A DNA stretch of 32,000 nucleotides from Flavobacterium alvei (GTDB lineage Bacteria; Bacteroidota; Bacteroidia; Flavobacteriales; Flavobacteriaceae): positions 259,879-291,878 of the forward strand of contig NZ_PQVG01000003.1 in the NCBI RefSeq assembly GCF_002920895.1, read 5' to 3'. Below the pieces are notes generated by a model. It did not search any database and was not told where the DNA came from. It saw only the letters and a program-made list of their open reading frames with translations. The position numbers and the translations under genes are program-made. Below are positions 8,797-16,325 of the stretch, in pieces. How positions within the stretch are numbered: position 1 is the first letter of the stretch; each line of letters opens with the position of its first letter.

Positions 8797-9612
8797 TTAG
8801 AAAGGCAAATCATCTAGTTCTTCATCTGTAAAATTGTAGGAGTCTAATTTTTTTTCTCGAGCTTTATTGATGAATATGTCATCCACTTTAAAACTATTGC
8901 ATTTACATATATCTGTACAAACTCCATTTTCTTGTTCAAAAATAATATTGCAATAGGAATTGGAATTGTTACCTATAAATGTATAACCACTAGTACCTAT
9001 ATTACAATCATAAGCATTACAACTTCCACTATGGGCTATTAATTGAGTGTCGTTGTTTTCTTTGAATTCGTTAAATTTTGACTTAATATATTTTAAAAAT
9101 TCTTCTCTTTTATACTTACTTAAATAATTTTCAGTCAAGATTTCAAGTTGTTCCAGATCCATTTCTGAAATGGCTTTTACAATAAGTTTATTTCGGCTAG
9201 AATCACTTTTGATAAAAGTAACATCGCCCATTTCCAAGAGTTGTTCAATGAGTTTCTGTTTCTCTTCTGACAATGCTGCAAATAATTGACTGTCAATATT
9301 TGTTTCAGAAATAGTTTCTATCTCTTCTACGCTTTCAGGTTTATTACCTACATTAGAAACCATCATAGTTGCTATTTCTTTCATACGTTTGTCTAGATTG
9401 GCTATGGTTTGTTCGGCGTGTTCTATACCAAATTGTGGTGCCAAGTCGTGTGCAAATGCTAAAGTAACCCATAATTCACAAACCGAATCTCCTTCTGTTT
9501 TGCATTCGCATCCTATATTGTCTTCAAGTTTAAAATTAACATCCTCTAAGCTACCGTTTTCCGATAATACCCGAACAACTTCATTGTAATGTGTACAGTT
9601 TTTGTAGTTCAT
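8797..9612 (-). CDS. Hypothetical protein, island paralog A: unique Cys-containing N-terminal domain of about 112 aa, the shared Cys-rich module, and an acidic DDLPF C-terminus
   Basis: 271-aa ORF with an ATG start 15 nt downstream of the preceding gene's stop. It ends ...YNFTDEELDDLPF. Confidence 0.75.
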   Translation of the reverse strand: MNYKNCTHYNEVVRVLSENGSLEDVNFKLEDNIGCECKTEGDSVCELWVTLAFAHDLAPQFGIEHAEQTIANLDKRMKEIATMMVSNVGNKPESVEEIETISETNIDSQLFAALSEEKQKLIEQLLEMGDVTFIKSDSSRNKLIVKAISEMDLEQLEILTENYLSKYKREEFLKYIKSKFNEFKENNDTQLIAHSGSCNAYDCNIGTSGYTFIGNNSNSYCNIIFEQENGVCTDICKCNSFKVDDIFINKAREKKLDSYNFTDEELDDLPF

Positions 9613-9627
9613 AATTCGTTTTTTTTT

Positions 9628-10194
9628 TTAATCCCAACCCAAAACTTCAATTATTTGTTTTCGGTAGGTAGTGGCTATTTGTTTTGGAGTGTTGCGAATG
9701 TATTCTTCGGCTAAAGCACTTTCAGCACCTTTTAAATTTTGTAGATATTCGATTCTATCGTTTGGGTCAATTGTTTTGATAACTACTTTTTCTTCATTTC
9801 TTATTTCCCAATTTTCAGGAAGATTTGTCCAAATTACGGCATCAAAATCAGTGGTTTGAATCCAGTTTTTAATACTTTCTTTAAACAGAAAATCTATTGG
9901 AGAAAATTCATCTTTAGTTTTATCATAATATCCAATGTTTTCTTTCACAGTTCCTTCACGTTTTTTAAGATTTAATACAGCCAAATCAAGGTTGTCAAAA
10001 CTAGAAACAGCATACAATGTTTGAACTTCTGTGCCATTTGGTGTAATGACCAATGTTAATCTTCCATCTTTAGAAATTCTAGCAAACTCAATGGGTAAAA
10101 CGGGGCCGTTTTCTTTCCAACCTATGTTTGTATCAAATTTTAAATCTTTGGGTTGCCAAATTAAGGAACCCCAACCGAGGACTGCTATTTTCAT
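9628..10194 (-). CDS. ChaC / gamma-glutamylcyclotransferase-like protein
   Basis: 188-aa ORF. The N-terminus KIAVLGWGSLIWQP resembles the ChaC motif FGYGSLIWxP. Further on, YAVS...LAVLNLKKREGTVKENIGYYDKTKDEFSP resembles the ChaC block around the catalytic Glu (Y.V...L.YL..RE...GGYD....F.P). The motif comparison is from memory; no search was run. Confidence 0.55.
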   Translation of the reverse strand: MKIAVLGWGSLIWQPKDLKFDTNIGWKENGPVLPIEFARISKDGRLTLVITPNGTEVQTLYAVSSFDNLDLAVLNLKKREGTVKENIGYYDKTKDEFSPIDFLFKESIKNWIQTTDFDAVIWTNLPENWEIRNEEKVVIKTIDPNDRIEYLQNLKGAESALAEEYIRNTPKQIATTYRKQIIEVLGWD

Positions 10195-10197
10195 AAT

Positions 10198-10866
10198 TTA
10201 TGATTTATCGCAGATATGCTTCATTTTGGCTTTGAAATTATCTCTTAATTCAGTGTTTTTTTCTAAATTTTCAAATGAATTGCCTGTATTTATTGCCTGC
10301 GCAATATTTTTATATGAAGTGCCTATTTGTATTGCCAACTTATATTTTGCAATTATATTTTCTAGTTCTTTTTGGAAATTTTCTCTAAAAATTATTTTTT
10401 CGCCATTAAAAACAAGCTTAGTTTGTTCAGTGTCAGAAAGAATTGTCCAACCGTTTTTAGTTTGTGTTTCGTGTAAACAAGCACATCTTACATTTATATA
10501 AAAATCGTAAGCTTTTGATTCCATTATCTTAAATGCATTATGATTTTTAAAAAATGACATAAAAACGTTTTTATTTCCTTTAAAACTATCTCCATCCATT
10601 TTAATATAGTGTGGATGTTCGTATTTCCAACCATTTATAAAACTTTCAATAGTTTCAATTAAAGAGCATTGCAAATTAACAACAGCAAATCCCTCACCGT
10701 TATTTATTTTTAGATCTAAAATTGCATTTATTGGATTCAAGTATCTTGTTCTTATCCTTTCTTCAAAAAAATGGAAAGCTAAACCCCATAATTCATCATT
10801 GTTTAGCACTAATTTTTTTTCTAAATCTTCCCAATCTTTAATTGTTAATTCTCCTGCGATTTTCAT
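10198..10866 (-). CDS. Hypothetical protein with an R-x4-H motif (possible HEPN-like)
   Basis: The ORF track extends to 10956 with a TTG start, but I prefer the ATG at 10866 (MKIAGELTIKDW...). It contains FYINVRCACLHETQTKNGW (R-x4-H). Its stop lies 3 nt from the ATG of the next gene. Confidence 0.65.
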   Translation of the reverse strand: MKIAGELTIKDWEDLEKKLVLNNDELWGLAFHFFEERIRTRYLNPINAILDLKINNGEGFAVVNLQCSLIETIESFINGWKYEHPHYIKMDGDSFKGNKNVFMSFFKNHNAFKIMESKAYDFYINVRCACLHETQTKNGWTILSDTEQTKLVFNGEKIIFRENFQKELENIIAKYKLAIQIGTSYKNIAQAINTGNSFENLEKNTELRDNFKAKMKHICDKS

Positions 10867-11035
10867 ATTGTAGTTTTTATAGTTTCTTAATTCAATAAAC
10901 CACTTAAAAGTATTCCGGTCTAATTTTCCATTCGTCAAATTACTTACAAGTAACAATCAAAGACATTGTATCTAATATTATGGATATTAGTCCTAAAAAT
11001 AAATAACGGTGAGGGATTTGGGTGTTTCTAATTTC

Positions 11036-11815
11036 TCACAACTCATTTGTATTTTGAATTTTTTCTTTCTGTTTGTTTCTGTATGATTTCTCTCTATATT
11101 CTTTTGATTTTATTTCTTTAATGATTCTATTTTTTAATTCTTGATAGTTTTCAACAGGTATATAATAAATAAATATTTTCATTCCGTAATCGTGAGTTGA
11201 AACGATATTTCCAATTACACTTTTTTCTTCTTCTTCTTTATTATGTTTAAAACCCATTGAAATTATAGGATCTTTTAATCCATAAAACTTTGTTCCAAAG
11301 AGGATATACTTATTTTGGTCTACAAATATTTTGTAATCATCACAATATTCTAAACCTATTTTTTCTAAATCAATCTTTGAAGGGATTTGGAGTTTATTTA
11401 ATTTGTATTTTTTATTTAAGATTTTAAAAAAATTATTTTTACACTTATCAAACCATATTCCTTTTTTTGAAAACTCTTTGGCGAATTTTTCATATAATAA
11501 ATAATATTTTTCTTGAACACTATATTCTTCAGAATAACTTAACTTAATTGAGTTTTGTCTTTTTTTGATTTCAAATAAAAATTCTTGACCATCAACCAAC
11601 AACGGAAATTTACCATCTTCAAGTTTACCATTTTTATTCAACTCTTTTATTTTAGTAGAAAATTCATTTTCGGACATATTTGGACTTAACCCTAAAAAAA
11701 TTGATTGATATGTTTTTTTTTCTTTTTTTAAAGGAATTTTACTTTTATCTAGTCTGTTATTACAACTTGAGAATAAAAAAATCAAGCAAATTATTTTTAT
11801 TAGTTTGGATTTCAT
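11036..11815 (-). CDS. Lipoprotein of unknown function
   Basis: 259-aa ORF with a signal peptide and lipobox (MKSKLIKIICLIFLFSSC). It has a Lys/Glu-rich C-terminus and no family I recognise. Confidence 0.7.
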   Translation of the reverse strand: MKSKLIKIICLIFLFSSCNNRLDKSKIPLKKEKKTYQSIFLGLSPNMSENEFSTKIKELNKNGKLEDGKFPLLVDGQEFLFEIKKRQNSIKLSYSEEYSVQEKYYLLYEKFAKEFSKKGIWFDKCKNNFFKILNKKYKLNKLQIPSKIDLEKIGLEYCDDYKIFVDQNKYILFGTKFYGLKDPIISMGFKHNKEEEEKSVIGNIVSTHDYGMKIFIYYIPVENYQELKNRIIKEIKSKEYREKSYRNKQKEKIQNTNEL

Positions 11816-11893
11816 AATTTTAAGTATTAAAGTATCATTTTTCAGTATATAACAATTCTATTTTTAATTCAAATAATGAATACTTGTATATAA

Positions 11894-12373
11894 TCACACA
11901 TCAAAAGGGCCAAACTCAATCAAACAATTTTCTCTTTCCTCATAGAGTTCAACGTATACTCCAAATTGATATCCTAATTGTTTCATATATTCATTTATTT
12001 TTAAATAGTCAAAATCTTTTTTTCTGTTTTTCCAAGACATTTTGATTTCAATTTCTGCTATATTTATACTCGTATCTCTTTTATGAATTATAATGTCTGG
12101 GTATACAAAACTATTTCCCTCTCCTGAATCTTCCCAATTCAATATTTTTCCCATTAAATTACCTAAATCATCGTGTTCATATTTTGTCCTCATCCTATTG
12201 TATTCAACGTCAACATCATATTTGTTATCAATAAATAGGTCAATATAATTTCCAAGTTTATTTGAAATTGTTCTTTCACCTATATTATATTCTTTTTTTA
12301 GTATCTTTTTTTCATTTAGATACAATCTGTCCAGTGATAAATGAATTATTTTTTCCAATTCCTCTCTATTCAT
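11894..12373 (-). CDS. Small PD-(D/E)xK-fold nuclease-like protein
   Basis: 159-aa ORF with the motifs in canonical order: a helix Glu (IGERTISNKL), VDVEYNR, the D of VYPDIIIHKR, and the ExK of IAEIEIKMS. Confidence 0.6.
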   Translation of the reverse strand: MNREELEKIIHLSLDRLYLNEKKILKKEYNIGERTISNKLGNYIDLFIDNKYDVDVEYNRMRTKYEHDDLGNLMGKILNWEDSGEGNSFVYPDIIIHKRDTSINIAEIEIKMSWKNRKKDFDYLKINEYMKQLGYQFGVYVELYEERENCLIEFGPFDV

Positions 12374-12713
12374 AATATATTAATTTTATTAAGTAAATTT
12401 TTTCTTTCACAAAAAAAGATTTGAAAAAGAGTAAAAAATAAAATGTATTCAAATATTAGTAAAAAAAAAGGAACTTAACAATACTGGTTATTCTCTCCAC
12501 AAATCTAAACCCTAATTTTCTATTCTCTTTACGGTTTTCCTCAAAGTCCGTTTTTTTATGTTAATTTAGAACGAATATGAGGTTGTGTTATTGTTGGTTA
12601 GTTTAAAATCAAGTTTGAACTTCCATTTTTCTCTTCCCAAAAAAACATCCAATATCCTTTTTTATCTACAATAGATTGTCGATTTTTGCCCATCTTAAAT
12701 TAATACAATACAA

Positions 12714-13949
12714 ATGGCACTAGTTGAGAAAGAGATTATTTTATTGAAAGTTTCAGGTCAGGATAAACCTGGGGTAACAGCTGGGCTGACTTCTATATTA
12801 GCTAATTATGACGCAGTTATTTTGGATATTGGTCAAGCCGATATTCACGATACATTATCTTTAGGTATTTTGTTTGAAATAAAAGCAGGTTCTAGTTCGG
12901 CAGCAGTTTTAAAAGACTTATTGTTCAGAGCGTATGAATTGGGTATTAATGTGAAGTTTATTCCAATATCTATTCCAGATTATGAAATTTGGGTAAAAGG
13001 TCAGCGCAAACAACGCTATATTATCAATGTATTGGGCGAAACTTTGACAGCAGCACAACTAGCGGCTGTGACTCAAATTATGTCAAACCAAAAATTGAAT
13101 ATCGATTCTATCATTCGATTAACGGGTAGGGTTTCGGTTGTAGAAAAAGAAGAATATCCGCGTTCTTGTGTGCAGTTGTCTGTGACTGGAAATATAAATG
13201 ATAAAACGCTAATGACTGCCAGTTTTATGGAAATTTCGAAGGAATTAAATGTAGATATTTCTTTCCAAGAAGACAATATGTACAGAAGAAACCGACGTTT
13301 GGTGTGTTTTGATATGGATTCAACCTTAATTCAAACCGAAGTAATCGATGAATTAGCCGAGTTGGCAGGAGTAGGCGAACAAGTAAGAGCTATTACTGAA
13401 TCAGCCATGAATGGCGAGATTGATTTTAGCGAAAGCTTCAAAAAACGCATGGCTTTGCTTGAAGGGTTGAGCGAAGATGTATTGCAAAATGTTGCTATCA
13501 ATTTACCAATAACCAAAGGAGCCCATCGATTGATGAAAGCCCTGAAATATTATGGATATAAAACGGCAATTCTTTCGGGAGGATTCACCTATTTTGGTGA
13601 TTATTTGCAAAAGGAATTAGGAATTGATTATGTCTATGCCAACCAGTTGGAGATAAAAGACGGTAAACTGACCGGAAAATATTTAGGTGAAATTGTTGAT
13701 GGTCAAAAGAAAGCCGAATATTTGAAAGCCATTGCCGAAAAAGAAGGCATCAATATCAACCAAACCATTGCAGTGGGTGATGGTGCCAATGATTTGCCAA
13801 TGTTGAATTTGGCGGGATTAGGAATTGCTTTTCACGCTAAACCCAAAGTAAAAGAAAGCGCAGCAACATCCATTTCTAGTTTAGGTCTTGATGGAGTTTT
13901 ATATCTATTAGGCTACCACGACCGACATATTGATATGATGCAAGAGTAA
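12714..13949 (+). CDS. serB: Phosphoserine phosphatase with N-terminal ACT-like domains
   Basis: 411-aa ORF with HAD motif I (FDMDSTLI) and motif IV (GDGANDLPM). The N-terminal region of about 190 aa is ACT-like. Confidence 0.9.
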   Translation: MALVEKEIILLKVSGQDKPGVTAGLTSILANYDAVILDIGQADIHDTLSLGILFEIKAGSSSAAVLKDLLFRAYELGINVKFIPISIPDYEIWVKGQRKQRYIINVLGETLTAAQLAAVTQIMSNQKLNIDSIIRLTGRVSVVEKEEYPRSCVQLSVTGNINDKTLMTASFMEISKELNVDISFQEDNMYRRNRRLVCFDMDSTLIQTEVIDELAELAGVGEQVRAITESAMNGEIDFSESFKKRMALLEGLSEDVLQNVAINLPITKGAHRLMKALKYYGYKTAILSGGFTYFGDYLQKELGIDYVYANQLEIKDGKLTGKYLGEIVDGQKKAEYLKAIAEKEGININQTIAVGDGANDLPMLNLAGLGIAFHAKPKVKESAATSISSLGLDGVLYLLGYHDRHIDMMQE

Positions 13950-13952
13950 CTT

Positions 13953-13968
13953 ATAGTCACATAGTCAC
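13953..13968. repeat. (ATAGTCAC)x2 tandem word
   Basis: Read directly after the serB stop. Confidence 0.7.
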
Positions 13969-13970
13969 AC

Positions 13971-14007
13971 AAAAAAGCCTTAGATTCTTTGAACTAAGGC
14001 TTTTTTT
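13971..14007. terminator. Bidirectional rho-independent terminator (serB / pseudouridine synthase)
   Basis: aaaaaa-gccttag-attctttgaa-ctaaggc-ttttttt: a 7-bp stem flanked by an A-run and a T-run. Confidence 0.7.
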
Positions 14008-14035
14008 ATGCGGTAAAACTATTGATTTTGAAAAG

Positions 14036-14944
14036 CTATGAGTTTTTCAAATTGATAATTTCTTGTTCGGTAAGTAATCTCCAGTTTCCACGAGGCAAGT
14101 TCTTTTTAGTCAAACCTGCAAAAGCAACTCTGTCAATTCTCAAAACATCGTAGCTGAAATGTTCGAAAATAGAACGAACTACCTTCACGTTAGACGATCT
14201 TAATTTTAGACCAATTTCGCTTTTAGCCTCACCTTCAATATAACTTACTTCCTCTACAAAAACACGGTGTCCGTCTAGAACCAATCCTTTTTGTATTTTT
14301 TCTAAATCTTCAAATTTCAAGTTTTTGTCTAAAGAAACTTGGTATATTTTGGATGATTTATTGGTTGGCAAAGTAAACTTACGAATCATATCCGTATCGT
14401 TGGTAAACAATAAAAGACCAGTTGTGTTTTTATCCATTCTTCCAACAGCGCCAATTTTGGCAGTGGTGGAACCTTTTACCAATTCCAAAACATTGCGGTA
14501 TTCCTGACCTTCGTCAAGTGCTGTTGTGAAGTTTTTTGGTTTGTTCAACAAGATATATACTTTTTTCTCTGGAGTTAATTTTACCCCATCAAAATTAACG
14601 TCATCGCTTGGTTTTACTAGATAACCCATTTCGGTTACTGGAATTCCGTTTACTTTTACGTTTCCAGATTGAATATAAATATCCGCATCACGACGCGAAC
14701 ACACTCCCGAATTGGCAATGTATTTATTCAAACGAATTTCGTCTTTCTCTTTTTGTCTCTTTGGAGCCTGATTTGGTTTTTTAGCAGTTTTTGCCGCTTC
14801 CGCCTCCGCTATTTTTACTGCTGGTTTTACTTTTTTAGGTCCTTGTGCTCTTTTTGGCATCGCAGGTTTTGGCTTATTAGAGCTTGGTCTGGAGCTGTTT
14901 GCTCTACCGCCGCTTTTTTTATTGTTGCCTTCCTTGTTATTCAT
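14036..14944 (-). CDS. Pseudouridine synthase, RsuA/RluB family, with an S4 domain and a basic N-terminal extension
   Basis: 302-aa ORF with an S4 motif (IRLNKYIANSGVCSRRDAD) and the catalytic Asp motif (GRMDKNTTGLLLFTND). The first 70 or so residues are a Lys/Pro/Ala-rich low-complexity tract. Confidence 0.88.
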   Translation of the reverse strand: MNNKEGNNKKSGGRANSSRPSSNKPKPAMPKRAQGPKKVKPAVKIAEAEAAKTAKKPNQAPKRQKEKDEIRLNKYIANSGVCSRRDADIYIQSGNVKVNGIPVTEMGYLVKPSDDVNFDGVKLTPEKKVYILLNKPKNFTTALDEGQEYRNVLELVKGSTTAKIGAVGRMDKNTTGLLLFTNDTDMIRKFTLPTNKSSKIYQVSLDKNLKFEDLEKIQKGLVLDGHRVFVEEVSYIEGEAKSEIGLKLRSSNVKVVRSIFEHFSYDVLRIDRVAFAGLTKKNLPRGNWRLLTEQEIINLKNS

Positions 14945-15170
14945 AATATGCTATAATTTGCTGCAAAGATAGTTTATTATTGCTTAATTGTTGATTGTTT
15001 TTGAATTAGGACACGGCATTCAATTTTGTAAGCAAGACAATATTAATAAAAGTTACAGTTTTTAAATTATTGATTCTTGTTATTTGTCAGGCTGAAAGCG
15101 TCTTGTTTTTGTTGATTTAGGAATTCACTTTCTAAAGAAGTCGTGCAAAACTACCGTTTTTGAAGCAGTA

Positions 15171-16187
15171 CTAATTCCATTCGTTTACTTCACTGTCAAA
15201 TTCTTTGGTGTTATGATTTAAGAATTTAAGTTCTAAAACATATTCTTTATCTGTTTTTTTGTAAATAATATTGTCAGCGATGTATTTTTCAATTGGATTA
15301 AAATCAAGGTTATCAATGATGGTTTTTACTTCATTTGGATAATTGCCAAATTCAGTTTTATAAGTTTCTATTTTATTTGTTAATTGAACTCCAATTTTAT
15401 TTGTTGTATAATCATATGTTTTAAAAGCAAGAACTATTAAAATCATATTTGTAAATCCTAAATAAGCTATTCTTTCCGAGTATTTTCTTAAGTTGGAGTT
15501 GTTATTTGTTCCTCTATACCATCTTGCTATCAATCCACCAATACCCATCGCAATCATTATTACCCAAAAAGCATAAAAATTACTCAAAGAAATAACGAAC
15601 ATACATATTAAAATTAGTACGTATGCAACATATTTTTGATTGTCTGAAATTGTATTTATTGTTTGATCAGAATTGAAGTTTTTGATTAGATTATTTCGCT
15701 GATATTTTTCAGTTCTTCTAATATTATTGATAAAATCTGTCAGCTTGGCTTCGTTAATTTTGATTTGACTTAAATTTATGTTTAATTTTTGGGCGCCAAC
15801 ATATTTATTTAAATTGCTTAACCAACTAAACGCATTTTTTTTAAACACAAAAGTATCATCGACAATAATTGAAATAAATTTTTGATTATATATATCTATC
15901 AAATAGCTTTCTTTAATTTGTTCCCATTTGATTTCATTCTGCTTTATTGTTCTGTCCCAAATTCCATTTTCATTTATTATAATTTGTGGTCTTTTGTCTA
16001 ATAAATTAAAAATGCTAATTGGAATTCCTAAACCAAAAAATGAAATAGCAAACCAACCCATATAATAATCAAAAGTTCCATTTTGCTTTTCCGAAATCAT
16101 CCAAATTCCAATTAATATAAAAGGTAAGCTTAAAGCCAAAATTTTAATTCCTTTCGAGTTAGATTTATATAATTTTAGTTCTGTCAT
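15171..16187 (-). CDS. Membrane protein of unknown function (possible N-terminal membrane-anchored PH-like module)
   Basis: Four or more predicted TM helices. The ORF-track start at 16211 is TTG; I prefer the ATG at 16187 (MTELKLYKS...). No catalytic motif recognised. Confidence 0.6.
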   Translation of the reverse strand: MTELKLYKSNSKGIKILALSLPFILIGIWMISEKQNGTFDYYMGWFAISFFGLGIPISIFNLLDKRPQIIINENGIWDRTIKQNEIKWEQIKESYLIDIYNQKFISIIVDDTFVFKKNAFSWLSNLNKYVGAQKLNINLSQIKINEAKLTDFINNIRRTEKYQRNNLIKNFNSDQTINTISDNQKYVAYVLILICMFVISLSNFYAFWVIMIAMGIGGLIARWYRGTNNNSNLRKYSERIAYLGFTNMILIVLAFKTYDYTTNKIGVQLTNKIETYKTEFGNYPNEVKTIIDNLDFNPIEKYIADNIIYKKTDKEYVLELKFLNHNTKEFDSEVNEWN

Positions 16188-16325
16188 TTTCAATTTCGTC
16201 TTTTTCCACAAATTGCAAATATATCACCACAATCCAGTTAATTTGGATGATTATTTCAATTATATAGCTTAGTATTACTCTCGAAAGATACAAAATTTCC
16301 TGTAATCGTCATTATGAAAACAAAT

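Noticed and set aside
10031-10501. 156-aa plus-strand ORF spanning the junction of the ChaC-like and R-x4-H genes
   Set aside because: It is antisense to two tightly coupled ORFs that have recognisable motifs. Its product is Phe/Ser/Ile-rich low complexity. The same reasoning applies to 9389-9589 (+) and 9671-9859 (+).
12604-12693. 29-codon minus-strand ORF in the island/serB spacer as a real gene
   Set aside because: It is too short, has no recognisable motif or promoter, and could easily arise by chance. I mention it only as a possible gene remnant.
7491-12713. The island as a classic integrative mobile element or prophage remnant
   Set aside because: I saw no integrase, transposase or recombinase, no tRNA or tmRNA target, and no flanking direct or inverted repeats by eye. 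I call it an accessory island only. The mechanism of acquisition is unknown.
14325-14956. Plus-strand ORFs (14325-14507 and 14669-14956) antisense to the pseudouridine synthase gene
   Set aside because: The second is simply the complement of the Lys/Pro-rich N-terminal tract, giving F/W/R-rich nonsense. There is no independent support for either.
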